A DNA stretch of 64,000 bases, taken from assembly GCA_003173865.1 (NCBI GenBank), contig PJMF01000019.1:6381-70380 (forward strand), read 5' to 3'. The notes beneath the pieces are model-generated. The model ran no database searches. It was not told where the DNA came from and saw only the letters and a list, made by a program, of their open reading frames with translations. The stretch comes from Minisyncoccota bacterium (GTDB taxonomy: Bacteria > Patescibacteriota > Microgenomatia > UBA1400 > PJMF01). The position numbers were made by a program, and so were the translations under genes. Shown piece by piece: positions 48,535-58,742 of this stretch (positions within the stretch are counted from its first letter, which is position 1; each line of letters opens with the position of its first letter).

Positions 48535-51500
48535 TTACCCTTGTCTCTCCAACTTATTCCACCCTACGTAATTGCCTTGAACTGCATTCATCACTGACTT
48601 CACGACGACGTAGTACATGAGTTGTCTGTAGAGAAGACGCTGCCAAAACAACCACAGTAACAATCGATAGTCTTCTTTTTTTTCTAACAAAAACGCTAGG
48701 AGCGCCGCACCAAAATCAATTCCCACGAACAACAAATAAAAGAAAAGGATACGTTGAAAGCCACCATATGCCCAATCTTCAGGATGTTGCAGCTGGGTTA
48801 AAAATCCAGTCACCAAGGAAGACACCACCAGAAAGTCCATGAGAGGCGAAATAAATGGAAAGAAAACTTGGAAAATCAGCACGTTTGGTAACGCAATGTA
48901 TCCCAGTTTTTTATTCTTGCTCGTTAAAAACGAAAACCGATGTTTCCACACAACTTGCAAGGTGCCAAATGTCCACCGGAAACGCTGTTTTAAGAAACTT
49001 CCTATCGTAACTGGCGCTTCTGTGTACGCAATCGCTTCATCCTCATATTCTACAAGGTATCCACGCTCTAAAATACGTAACGTCAAGTCAGTATCTTCCG
49101 CCAAGGTATCTCCCACAAAGCCACCACTTTGTTTGACTAAAGTAGTATGCCAAGCCCCAATTGCGCCGGGAACCACAGTAATACAATTTAAAAAGGCAAA
49201 TGCCTGACGATCAAGATTTTGACTGGTAATATACTCAAGCGCTTGCCACTTCGTCAAAAAATTTTGACGATTTCCGACTTTTGCATTTCCCGCCACTGCG
49301 CCAATGCGCGGATTCACAAAGTGTCGCACTAACTTGGCAATCGCATCTTTATGCAAGCGTGTGTCAGCATCCATCGCAACGATAATTTCTGACTTCGCTT
49401 TGCTCAACGCAAAGTTCAAGGCAGCAGCTTTGCCCTCATTATGAATTTTATATAACTGGACTAGAGGATGCTGGCTAAATGTGTGTTGCAATCTTTGATA
49501 CGTGCGATCACTCGAACCATCATCTACGACAATCACTTTATACTTTGCGTACGTTGAACGTAAAACAGAGTGGACAGTTGCCACAATTACTTTTTCCTCG
49601 TTGAATGCTGGAATTAAGACCGTGACAGTCGGCTGATAGCAATCATCAAATTTTTTCAAGGAATTCCGTCGTGTATTCACTACTGCTAAGGCACCCAAAA
49701 AGAGTAAGCGCGTCGTTCCTAAAACAATACCCAGTAAAAAGAGTACCGGAATTAAAATTCCCACCCAGCGAAAAACGTTGAAACCAATTGTAAATGTTTG
49801 CGCTTGGAGTTTTTGATCTGAAGTTGCTAGGGGCATCACGTCACTGCGTTTTAAACCAATTAAGTCTGCAATATTCACAAACGTATAGCCATCTTCACGG
49901 AGTTTGTCGATAATTTGCGGTAAAGCTGCTACCGTCTGTGAACGATCGCCGCCGCCATCATGCAACAAAACAATATTTCCCTCACCATTTTCAACTTCGT
50001 CGATCGTTGTTTGCACAATTTGATCGACACCTGGGCGCTTATAATCCTTGGGATCAATATTCATTCCCACCGTGTAGTAACCCAACTTACTGGTATATAC
50101 AAGCGGCCTAACTTGGTCAGATGTTTCCGGTTCCACATCTTCGGCATAGGGTGGACGGAATAATAGAGTGTCACGACCCAAGCGGCTTTCGAATAAACGC
50201 TCGGTTGAGTTAATTTCTAATGCCCATTGCTGCGAGGGAATGGAAGAAAGATTCGGATGCGTAAACGTATGATTCCCAACTTCATGATTTTCGTCAAACA
50301 TCCGTTGCAGTATCTGTGGATATAAATCCGCCTGAGAACCAATCACAAAAAAAGTCGCAGGGACTTGCTTTTCTTTCAAAACATCTAAAATGCGCGGCGA
50401 GTAGTAAGGATCGGGACCATCATCAAAAGTTAACACTACTTTTTTTTCTTGCTGGCCGCCCCAACGAGTGATGATATATGGTAGCGGCGGAGAAGTTAAT
50501 GTGCTCGTCATGATTAAGCCTAAGGCATTGTCGTATCCCACTTGGCGAGTTCCGTCTTGGGGAGTAGCCGTGACTTGCAAAATCTCTCCTTTGCCTTGAT
50601 AGTGCACATCGTAACCATAATGCATTTGTTGCAGTTGCTGAGCCAAGTTACTGTCGATTTTTGTTCGACCAGCCGTCACATTCCAAATCGAGGGATCTTC
50701 GGTACCCAGCCGCCAAATAGCCCATCCACGAGGCTTGTAAAGCCGACTGGTTTGTAGTTGATTAAAAAACGTTACACCATCGAGATACCACACCGTATGC
50801 TGGGTTCCATTCGCATCTTTATACTGAAAACTCGGGTTGAGCAGAGTAGAGTCAAGAGCTGGCTCGAGACTCGCACTTTGCACGCGCTGCATGACTTGTT
50901 GAAAAGAAAGTACTTCGGCGCGTGAACCTTTATCTATCCAGTCATACCCATATGTGCCCAGTGCAATAACGTATTTATTAGGCGGCAAATCAGCTAAATC
51001 TTTTTGCAACTGCGCATTAAACCAACCTTGGGAGGCAACCGGACCAGCTTCACTCGCATCCCAATGTTCGTCGTACATCATGAAAATCAAGTAATCCACC
51101 GTTTGGCTCAACTCTTTGTAGTTGAAGTCGTCATCGTCCGCTGGGACAGCCTCAGTAACCTGCAGATGTGCAGCATGAAAATTTGCCGCCAGTTCTTGCA
51201 TGTAGATCTGAAGAAAAGGTTGATCTTGGGGAGCGACATTTTCATAATCGATCGTGATACCACCTGCGTTACGCGCTAAAACATATTGCTTAAGGAAAAA
51301 AATATTTTGAAATCGACTTTGCGGATCGCGTAACATTTTACTTAATCGTTTTTGATCCCAGTCTTGGGTTTCCCTATTGAAGTTATTTACTAATGGAAGA
51401 ATTTGCAGTGTCGGTTTACGCTGTTGAACCAGATCAAGTACCTGCTTTTCTCTATCAAGGTCATCAATCGTCAATTGATCGGGTTGATCACTCAAGTGCA

Positions 51501-51933
51501 ACCACTCGGGCATGAGGATATCAAGCTCTCCGATATTTCTTTTGAGTGAAGTAAAACTTGTGTCGTCCCAGTTGACGTAAAAACCGATGATCTGAGAGTT
51601 TGTTTGTGTAGATGAAGCAGAAGTCCCCCACTTTTTGCGTTGATTGGTTTTAAGGTAAGTGAGCAGTTGCTCTTTGGTTTGTTGATACGTCACTTCCTTC
51701 CGCTGAGAGGTATTTTTGGGTTGCACGGCAATCAAGTGATGGGTTTGACTGAATGTCTGTACGGATTGTAAAGCAAGGCTAGGCAACTGCGGATTTTTAA
51801 TTAAGTTGTAAAGAAATACTGCACCGACCACACACGCCCATGCCCCCAAACTCTTGAGGAACCAGGAAATCCACCACCATCTTCGCTTGTGAGGGTCGTA
51901 AAAGACTGGCTTTGTCTCAAGCTTTTTCTTCAT
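48535..51933 (-). CDS. Tri-domain membrane enzyme: N-terminal TM, GH18-like domain, CE4 (NodB) polysaccharide deacetylase, then a processive GT2 synthase with C-terminal TM helices
   Basis: GH18-like GGITIDYE (D.D.E-type) and MMYDEHW. CE4 VVLTFDDGPDPYYSPRILDVLKEK…HTFTHP. GT2 LIPAFNEE, DDGSSD, DAD, GDTLAEDTDLT (T/AED) and QRFRW (QxxRW). Start chosen at the ATG with an AGGA RBS (51933); the ORF opens at 51954 with TTG. Confidence 0.8.
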   Translation of the reverse strand: MKKKLETKPVFYDPHKRRWWWISWFLKSLGAWACVVGAVFLYNLIKNPQLPSLALQSVQTFSQTHHLIAVQPKNTSQRKEVTYQQTKEQLLTYLKTNQRKKWGTSASSTQTNSQIIGFYVNWDDTSFTSLKRNIGELDILMPEWLHLSDQPDQLTIDDLDREKQVLDLVQQRKPTLQILPLVNNFNRETQDWDQKRLSKMLRDPQSRFQNIFFLKQYVLARNAGGITIDYENVAPQDQPFLQIYMQELAANFHAAHLQVTEAVPADDDDFNYKELSQTVDYLIFMMYDEHWDASEAGPVASQGWFNAQLQKDLADLPPNKYVIALGTYGYDWIDKGSRAEVLSFQQVMQRVQSASLEPALDSTLLNPSFQYKDANGTQHTVWYLDGVTFFNQLQTSRLYKPRGWAIWRLGTEDPSIWNVTAGRTKIDSNLAQQLQQMHYGYDVHYQGKGEILQVTATPQDGTRQVGYDNALGLIMTSTLTSPPLPYIITRWGGQQEKKVVLTFDDGPDPYYSPRILDVLKEKQVPATFFVIGSQADLYPQILQRMFDENHEVGNHTFTHPNLSSIPSQQWALEINSTERLFESRLGRDTLLFRPPYAEDVEPETSDQVRPLVYTSKLGYYTVGMNIDPKDYKRPGVDQIVQTTIDEVENGEGNIVLLHDGGGDRSQTVAALPQIIDKLREDGYTFVNIADLIGLKRSDVMPLATSDQKLQAQTFTIGFNVFRWVGILIPVLFLLGIVLGTTRLLFLGALAVVNTRRNSLKKFDDCYQPTVTVLIPAFNEEKVIVATVHSVLRSTYAKYKVIVVDDGSSDRTYQRLQHTFSQHPLVQLYKIHNEGKAAALNFALSKAKSEIIVAMDADTRLHKDAIAKLVRHFVNPRIGAVAGNAKVGNRQNFLTKWQALEYITSQNLDRQAFAFLNCITVVPGAIGAWHTTLVKQSGGFVGDTLAEDTDLTLRILERGYLVEYEDEAIAYTEAPVTIGSFLKQRFRWTFGTLQVVWKHRFSFLTSKNKKLGYIALPNVLIFQVFFPFISPLMDFLVVSSLVTGFLTQLQHPEDWAYGGFQRILFFYLLFVGIDFGAALLAFLLEKKEDYRLLLWLFWQRLLYRQLMYYVVVKSVMNAVQGNYVGWNKLERQG

Positions 51934-52044
51934 AAACATCCTATAAGTGTTCAAGTATTATACCGCAAAAAAGCCTAGAATAGGGTAATCTAAAATGTCC
52001 CTTCACGTCCAGATGCTTATGACTTATACTCAAGGCACGTCTGT

Positions 52045-52842
52045 ATGGCAGTACAAGCCACTTCTTCCCCAACCATTCGTATTCCCACTAAGAATAACCC
52101 TTTTCTCGCCACCGCCACCGAAGTGATCAATAGCGATGAAGAAATTTTAACCTTATGGAAAGTTGCCAATGTGAACGCCATTAACCGAATGGGGTTTAGC
52201 GATCATGGGCCGGTGCATGTCCAGATCGTGGCGAATATTGCCCTTCGTCTGGCGCGCTTATTATTAAAGCACAATGTTGAGATGTCTATTGTCAAGGATT
52301 TTGAGTTAACAAACCATCACGCTGAGCTGGTGATTTTCCTTGCGAGTTTATTTCATGATTTAGGTATGTCAGTGCATCGTGCAAACCACGAGGAATTCAG
52401 TCTCTTTATTGCTAACTCGTTGTTACATAAAATTGTTGATTTCTTGCCAACGGTCGAACGGACCATTGTTATTTCAGAAGTTCTCCACGCCATTATCAGT
52501 CATCGTCGGGCTGGTCATCCGGTGACGATTGAAGGCGGAATTGTCCGTGTTGCCGATGCCCTTGACATGAGTAGTGGCCGTTCACGAATTCCGTTCACAC
52601 AAGGACAAGTAAACATTCACTCTGTATCGGCACTCGCGATTGAAAAAGTTGAGATTAAAGAAGGCAATGTCAAACCAATCGAAATTAATATTATTATGAC
52701 CAACACCGCCGGAATTTTTCAAGTAGACGAACTTCTCAAAGAGAAACTTTCCGAGTCTCACATCGAGAAATATCTGCAAGTAAAAGCCTTCTTAAAAGAA
52801 GCAAAAAGAACAAAGTTGATTACCGAGTTTATAGTTGGCTAA
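52045..52842 (+). CDS. HD-domain phosphohydrolase (265 aa)
   Basis: HGPVHVQIVANIALRLA…LASLFHDLGMSVHR…, an HD-domain metal-ligand pattern. Confidence 0.7.
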   Translation: MAVQATSSPTIRIPTKNNPFLATATEVINSDEEILTLWKVANVNAINRMGFSDHGPVHVQIVANIALRLARLLLKHNVEMSIVKDFELTNHHAELVIFLASLFHDLGMSVHRANHEEFSLFIANSLLHKIVDFLPTVERTIVISEVLHAIISHRRAGHPVTIEGGIVRVADALDMSSGRSRIPFTQGQVNIHSVSALAIEKVEIKEGNVKPIEINIIMTNTAGIFQVDELLKEKLSESHIEKYLQVKAFLKEAKRTKLITEFIVG

Positions 52843-53260
52843 TAATTGTCTTAGTCCAGTCTTCAATTGCCGTCGTATCGTCTGGAAATCCATCAACGCG
52901 CAGCAAGGGAACAACTAAGTTGCCCTGTTGCTTCTTGACCCACTCCTCTAAAAAGTCGGCTGCTGTGCAAAATTGAGGGTACGCACTATTGCCCAAGCCA
53001 AACACCGCAACTTTCAAGTGGGAAAGATCGGGATGAAATTGATCAATACACTCTTTCATGTTTTTTTCCAAGTAACCATCATCATATGTCGGTGCACCGA
53101 AAATCACTACGTCGACACCTGACAAATCAGGCTGCATCCCTTTGTACTTCACGCTATGAAGCTCAACAGTGTAATCTGATTGTTGGAAAACTTTTTGAAT
53201 AACTTCAGCGACGTACTGCGTGGTACCTGTTTGTGTCTCGAAAATGATTTTAACAGTCAT
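52829..53260 (-). CDS. Flavodoxin (short-chain)
   Basis: An FMN-binding loop TQTGTTQYVAE and GAPTYDDG. 143 aa. Confidence 0.85.
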   Translation of the reverse strand: MTVKIIFETQTGTTQYVAEVIQKVFQQSDYTVELHSVKYKGMQPDLSGVDVVIFGAPTYDDGYLEKNMKECIDQFHPDLSHLKVAVFGLGNSAYPQFCTAADFLEEWVKKQQGNLVVPLLRVDGFPDDTTAIEDWTKTIISQL

Positions 53261-53303
53261 ACGGTGTGAACCTCACGCAATTACTATGACACAAACAGGA
53301 GTG

Positions 53304-53374
53304 AGCGGGTAGCGGGAATCGGACCCGCGTCCTCTCCTTGGAAGGGAGAAATTCTACCATTGAACCATACCCGC
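53304..53374 (-). tRNA. tRNA-Gly (anticodon TCC)
   Basis: Manual fold: acceptor GCGGGTA/TACCCGC, anticodon arm TCTCC-CTTCCAA-GGAGA, T-arm GCGGG-TCCGATT-CCCGC, discriminator T. Confidence 0.85.
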
Positions 53375-53416
53375 ACTCGGGCACCATTTTACCTTAGTCC
53401 TGCTTCGTGAACAAGT

Positions 53417-54604
53417 TTAAAAATCAAACTTCTTCTGATGAGACGCTCCAAGCCAATTACCTGCAACACCACCAAGGAAAAGAAAGCCTGCTGCTAAAAT
53501 AAAAATACTAGAAATAGAAAAACGCCCTGCGAAAAAACCAGCTAACAGCGGCCCCACGATTTGCCCAATTGACGTATAGGATTGATTGATTCCGAGAATA
53601 ATCCCCTGATCTTCACCTTTCGTACGCTCAGAGAGTAAACCCGTTACAATTGGAACAATTGGCGAGAGAAACAAGCCAAAACTTAGTGTCACCAAAACAA
53701 AGAGCAAAACACTGTGCATTTGTGAAACAAGCAAAAGACTTAAACCCGCCAGCAAAGATGAAACAATAATAATGAGGCTTTTCGAGTGAACTTTATTCAA
53801 GAGAATCCTTACTCCAAAAGCTTGAGTCAAAATATTCAAAAGGCCAAACCCAGCAAACATAAGCCCAACCTCGGTTGGAGTCATCCGTAAAACGTCGTTT
53901 GAGAATGATTGCAAACCAATAATAAACGCGTTTTGCGCGATTGAACAAAAGAGACCAACGACGAGCACAATCCCCGTGAGCGGAGCAAAAAGCGCCAATA
54001 CCAAAGACTTGAAATGAAAAATAGGTTGATTTGAAGGCTGTCTTTTTGACGGAGGCAAGGTTTCTTTCAAGATAAAAATGCCGAGAATCGTTCCTACCAA
54101 TGCCAATACAGAACCAAACCAAAATGGGGCAGATAAACTAATGTTACTCATCACTGCACCTAGCGCTGGTCCAACTAAAAATCCAAAACCAAACGCCGCG
54201 CCCAGCAAAGCAAATGATTTCGCCCGCTCATGACCTTTCGTACTATCTGCAATCACTGCTTGTGCCACCGAAATATTTCCGCCGGTAATTCCGTCCACAA
54301 TTCTGGCAAAGAAGAGCATGGCCACAGAGGTCGCTGAAGCGAAAAGAGCCAAAGAAATACTCGTCCCAAGTAAACAAAGAAGCAGTACCGGTTTTCTGCC
54401 AAATTTATCTGATAAACGGCCCAAAATTGGAGTAGCAATAAATTGGGCCAACGAAAACGACGCAAAAAGAAAACTTAACCCTGTGGGATTAATTCCATAA
54501 TGTTGCGCGTACGGATAGAGAAGAGGAACAATTGTCCCATATGCCAATGCGTTAATAAGCATGATGAAGGCAAGAACAAAAAGAGTAGGGTTTTTCGATT
54601 TCAT
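53417..54604 (-). CDS. MFS transporter
   Basis: 12-TM pattern with the MFS motif GRLSDKFGRKP. Start chosen at MKSKNPTLF (ATG 54604); the ORF opens at 54775. Confidence 0.8.
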   Translation of the reverse strand: MKSKNPTLFVLAFIMLINALAYGTIVPLLYPYAQHYGINPTGLSFLFASFSLAQFIATPILGRLSDKFGRKPVLLLCLLGTSISLALFASATSVAMLFFARIVDGITGGNISVAQAVIADSTKGHERAKSFALLGAAFGFGFLVGPALGAVMSNISLSAPFWFGSVLALVGTILGIFILKETLPPSKRQPSNQPIFHFKSLVLALFAPLTGIVLVVGLFCSIAQNAFIIGLQSFSNDVLRMTPTEVGLMFAGFGLLNILTQAFGVRILLNKVHSKSLIIIVSSLLAGLSLLLVSQMHSVLLFVLVTLSFGLFLSPIVPIVTGLLSERTKGEDQGIILGINQSYTSIGQIVGPLLAGFFAGRFSISSIFILAAGFLFLGGVAGNWLGASHQKKFDF

Positions 54605-54663
54605 AGGCAAGCGATGTGGAAATGATAGAAGAAAAGGAGCGAATTTGCAAGTTTGGGCGTTTT

Positions 54664-55155
54664 TTATTTTAACTTTATATTGTTCATGCTTAAAAGCATT
54701 TTCAGATCCAGAAGTTGTTGATGTTGTTGCTCTGACTCGGCCTGGGTAAATATCGTGTATGCGGCAGCAGGACACTCCGGTGGAATTGTCATAATGACCC
54801 CTAATGCTCCTCGAAAGAGGTAAACGACTTGACGGATATTTCTAATGATGTTGTCCCTTGCCTGAACATTTCCTGTAACACTATTGACCATCTCTCGAAG
54901 TTCTGGTTGAGGTAAAGGACTGTTTTTAATGATTAGAACAGGTGCGTACTCGACAAGTTCGAGACCTAAACTCACTGCTCTATCGAGGGCGGCAGTGACA
55001 AGTTGTTGCCTTTGTTCCTCGCTAATATTCGCTATCGTATCCCAATATTTTTGATCAAGTGGAGGGAGCTCATTGCCTTTTAAAATCCAGCAACTCACGT
55101 CACTCCCTTGTTCCGGTCGAGGTTGAGTTTCGATCATAGGGAGAGAAGAGTACAT
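54664..55155 (-). CDS. Hypothetical protein (163 aa)
   Basis: ORF only. Confidence 0.45.
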   Translation of the reverse strand: MYSSLPMIETQPRPEQGSDVSCWILKGNELPPLDQKYWDTIANISEEQRQQLVTAALDRAVSLGLELVEYAPVLIIKNSPLPQPELREMVNSVTGNVQARDNIIRNIRQVVYLFRGALGVIMTIPPECPAAAYTIFTQAESEQQHQQLLDLKMLLSMNNIKLK

Positions 55156-55283
55156 CTATTTTTGGATAAGATCATTAAAGTAAGTATCATTGTTGGATCT
55201 AGTGATGTCTGGTTTTCAATTACCATAGGACTTTCCTCGTTGGAGGATATTATCAGCTTTTTACTTATTTGGTAGGGGAAAGT

Positions 55284-55754
55284 TTATACTCCTCTTCGCT
55301 GATCCACTAGACCGCCTCGATAGTTGGCTTGATAGATGAGCTTATTATTTTGGGTGATTTTTTCTATGCCCTCATATCTTTCAATAGTACCAGTCCAGTC
55401 GTTCGTATATAGGAAATCACCTTCTGTATATGTGGCTGGGCCACGAAAAGGAGCTTCTGGAGGCATTTTCTTCAAGGCATTACGTAAGATTGGATAGACC
55501 ATGGTCGGCTCAATACCTGAAGCCACCCAGCCATAGTACACCATTATCCAGATAGCTTTTCCTGCATGAGAAACTACTAACCTACCTCCATATGGTTCAC
55601 CACCAAAGAAGTTGTCATGTGAGCTAAATTCGCCTTTTTTATAAGGAATTGTAGTAGAGCCATCTGATTCTTTGATCCATTGTTTTTCTTCGCCAGTGAC
55701 ATAGCCAGCTTGATTTGCATCAATTAAGAATTGGCGGAGTTGTTCTAGATTCAT
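55284..55754 (-). CDS. Hypothetical protein (156 aa)
   Basis: ORF only. Aromatic and glycine-rich; no motif recognised. Confidence 0.45.
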   Translation of the reverse strand: MNLEQLRQFLIDANQAGYVTGEEKQWIKESDGSTTIPYKKGEFSSHDNFFGGEPYGGRLVVSHAGKAIWIMVYYGWVASGIEPTMVYPILRNALKKMPPEAPFRGPATYTEGDFLYTNDWTGTIERYEGIEKITQNNKLIYQANYRGGLVDQRRGV

Positions 55755-55762
55755 TCAGAAGG

Positions 55763-56392
55763 TTAATTCTTTTTAGGATGATACTTGGACTGGTCTTCCA
55801 TGTCTTCTTGTTTGAATGTTCCCGAACCGTTTAATACTTTTCCTTGCGGGACAGTAATTCCCCGAGCTAAACCAGAACCCTTTAATAAGCCAGCCCGCAG
55901 ATCTGCATCAGAGGAACGGTAATCTCCTCCTTCTTCAAGTGTGCAGTTTTGCACTGTAACAGGACCAATAACCTGAGATCCCGAACCAAGTGTTGTTTTA
56001 CCTATAATTTGAGCTCCATTAATATATCTTCCATGATCACCAATATGAATTTCTGCATCTGGCATGTTTGCTTTTATGCTACAACCCCCATCACCAAATT
56101 GATTTTCATTTCCAATAGATACTTTGCCTTTTTCGGCAAGTATAAGGGTGTTCGGATAAAACACATTGCCATCACCGACGGATAATTCACCGCCATCTTT
56201 AGCCTGAACAATGACATTGGGAAAAAAAAGATTATTTTCTCCTAAAATAACAGAAATACTTATCAATACGGAAAATGGATCGAGAATTGTATTTCCTTGA
56301 TCAACTAAATTCAAAAGATCAGAAACTCCTCGGAACCCTTGAGCTGCTCTTTGCTGATCAATTTTACTTAAAACGTCTTTTTCAACAGGCAT
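55763..56392 (-). CDS. Left-handed beta-helix (hexapeptide-repeat / bactofilin-like) protein
   Basis: A repetitive [LIV]-G-x-x-x-x hexapeptide periodicity (…VSIGNENQFGDGGCSIKANMPDAEIHIGDHGRYINGAQIIGKTTLGSGSQVIGPV…). Confidence 0.5.
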   Translation of the reverse strand: MPVEKDVLSKIDQQRAAQGFRGVSDLLNLVDQGNTILDPFSVLISISVILGENNLFFPNVIVQAKDGGELSVGDGNVFYPNTLILAEKGKVSIGNENQFGDGGCSIKANMPDAEIHIGDHGRYINGAQIIGKTTLGSGSQVIGPVTVQNCTLEEGGDYRSSDADLRAGLLKGSGLARGITVPQGKVLNGSGTFKQEDMEDQSKYHPKKN

Positions 56393-56412
56393 ATTTCTCC
56401 TCTTTTAATTTA

Positions 56413-57537
56413 TTAAATTGTATCCATTGGTCGCAAAGCAATCAAATCGTCATTTATTTTTTCATACACCATTCGCGTGACAAAATCGGTCACATAAGGT
56501 GATTCAGTCATTTTACCAGGTAAAACGCAAATGTGATTAGGTAAGGGTTCTGATACAGAAATATTTAACGATCGAGCAGCTGCTGATTTTTCAGCTAAAT
56601 CTGTTTTTATGCAAGCTACTGGCATATTTCTACTTTTGTCAAAATTATAAAAAAGTCGCCTCATTGCTTCATGAATATTTTTAATACCTTGTTCGAGACA
56701 TTCATAGTCTGGGTTATCACACACAAAAGCATCTTCATTCAGACCAACAATGCTGTACTCACCATGATTCATCATGGCTGCTTCTCGCGGGTCAAGATAG
56801 AAGATGCTCGATCGAGTTAATCTGGGAACTACCATTAGATGACTTTTCCAGTATCGCAAGGGAACGGAAATATTAAAACTCGATTCAAGAAGCTGCTTTA
56901 CACCATAACCAGCCGTATAAACAAAAAGCTTAGACTCAAAAGGTTGGGTTTCACCATCTCTTTTCATTTCAGCTTCTTCAGGACTACGGAAAACCAAATC
57001 AGTTCCTGCAAATATCCTTGCTCCGGCTTTTTCACTAGAGGTTAAAAGTTTTCGATAAAGGAGTCTTGTGTTAATGCCGACATCATTTACCTGAAATGCC
57101 TCTGCAACTTCCTCTGTTCGTACATTTGGCTCCAAGTTGGAGAGATGTTTGAGCAACACGCTTTTGTAAAGAACGTTAGCTTCGTCCCATCTTGAGACAA
57201 CTTCATTTACTTTATCAAGATTTCTCACTAAAGCGAATGAAGGAAGATCAACATCTTCAACTGCTTCTGGAGCAAACTTTTTAATTTGCTCGTGACCGTA
57301 AATACATCTTCGTGCAACTTGGATAGCATTTGATCTATCTTTAATTGAAGTGGCGTGATAAGTACCCCTATGGAGCCAACCTTCATTTCGAGTTGACGGA
57401 CCACCAGCTAGTTTGCTTTGCTTTTCTACCAGTGCAGTTGAAAGTCCTAATTCAGAAAGTTTTTTAGTTAACATCAATCCAGCAACTCCAGCCCCAACTA
57501 CTGTCACATCGAATGATTGTTTCGATTCTTTTGCCAT
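56413..57537 (-). CDS. FAD-dependent oxidoreductase (DAO family; L-2-hydroxyglutarate oxidase/G3P-oxidase-like)
   Basis: An N-terminal dinucleotide fold VTVVGAGVAGLMLTKKL…VEK. 374 aa. Confidence 0.8.
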   Translation of the reverse strand: MAKESKQSFDVTVVGAGVAGLMLTKKLSELGLSTALVEKQSKLAGGPSTRNEGWLHRGTYHATSIKDRSNAIQVARRCIYGHEQIKKFAPEAVEDVDLPSFALVRNLDKVNEVVSRWDEANVLYKSVLLKHLSNLEPNVRTEEVAEAFQVNDVGINTRLLYRKLLTSSEKAGARIFAGTDLVFRSPEEAEMKRDGETQPFESKLFVYTAGYGVKQLLESSFNISVPLRYWKSHLMVVPRLTRSSIFYLDPREAAMMNHGEYSIVGLNEDAFVCDNPDYECLEQGIKNIHEAMRRLFYNFDKSRNMPVACIKTDLAEKSAAARSLNISVSEPLPNHICVLPGKMTESPYVTDFVTRMVYEKINDDLIALRPMDTI

Positions 57538-57639
57538 AGCAACTTATTAACGAAATATATTTTGAGATCAAAATGTATCATAAGTTCATCAACAATCAAA
57601 TCTTCAATTTTTATAAAATAGTAGTGTAATATTGGGATT

Positions 57640-58434
57640 ATGCAAAACAGTAATATTGAATTAGCTTGTGGTCTTATTGGAATTGGTCGGGTGTGGGGAT
57701 TCAAAGAGACAGCTGTCCCTTCAGAGGCAGAAGCAATCGCTTTTCTTGATTCTGCTCTAGTCCAATCAATTGGATATTACGACACAGCTCCCTCGTACGG
57801 ACTAAGTGAGGCTAGACTCGGGAAATGGCTGAGAACTTTAACAAAAGAACAAAGATCTAAAATTACAATTGCCACTAAATTTGGTGAACATTGGTCTGAG
57901 CCAGAAGGTAAAGCTTTTGTTGATCACACCTATGAAGCTTTAAGAACAAGTTTGGATCAAAGCATTTTGCGATTAGGGCAAATTGATATTCTGCAACTTC
58001 ATAAAACGAATCCAGCTGTATTGAAAAGCGATGATTTGAAAAGGGCTTGGGACTATGCAAGGGAAAAAGGTGTAAAAAAGCTAGGACTTAGTGTGAGTGA
58101 TATAGAATCTGGAGAAATGGCTTGTCAAGACGATCAATACGAAGTGATACAGCTACCATTCAATCAGCAAAACACTATTTTTGCCCCCATTATTCAAGAA
58201 GCAACCCGCAGGGGAAAGACTGTAGTGACAAATAGACCTTTTAATATGGGTGAAGCAGTCCATAAAGACCCCACAAAAACTAAAGAGTATTTAGAACAAG
58301 AAGCTTTTGAATTTGTCTTGCGACAATTTTTTAACGGTTTCATCCTTACGGGGACTAAATCTAGAGATCACCTTGTAGAAAACGTTGCTACTTTTAAGAA
58401 AGCCGTAGCTGCAATCGAAGAGAAGCCACTATAA
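57640..58434 (+). CDS. Aldo/keto reductase
   Basis: The AKR signature …GIGRVWGF…, DTAPSYGLSEARLG and a C-terminal …LPFN… 264 aa. Confidence 0.85.
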   Translation: MQNSNIELACGLIGIGRVWGFKETAVPSEAEAIAFLDSALVQSIGYYDTAPSYGLSEARLGKWLRTLTKEQRSKITIATKFGEHWSEPEGKAFVDHTYEALRTSLDQSILRLGQIDILQLHKTNPAVLKSDDLKRAWDYAREKGVKKLGLSVSDIESGEMACQDDQYEVIQLPFNQQNTIFAPIIQEATRRGKTVVTNRPFNMGEAVHKDPTKTKEYLEQEAFEFVLRQFFNGFILTGTKSRDHLVENVATFKKAVAAIEEKPL

Positions 58435-58742
58435 CACTGCTATATAGTTCGAGCAGAAACACCTTACTGTATTTCAATTATGGTTTTTCGAGTCCTAACG
58501 TGACTGACTCACCGCTATCAGTTGTCACAAGTTATAAACCCGTTCATTGTTGGCACTACGTCACACACTAAGCTGTAATCCAGTTCGAGAATAGAATCGG
58601 TTTGTCGCGAAGCGGAGACAAAACTTCAACTTTTTGAGCCGCTGGTTGTCTCTATTCTTCGCAATTGGGATTATACCAAGTTTGATGAGAAGTTGCTTTA
58701 CGCTAACTATCAACGACCTCAAGTTTATGCGGATTATGTTTA

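Noticed and set aside
58480-58500. TTCGAGTCCT match to the tRNA-Pro T-arm as a possible att repeat
   Set aside because: It is in inverted rather than direct orientation relative to tRNA-Pro, and it is a motif common to many tRNAs. This is insufficient to call an attachment site.
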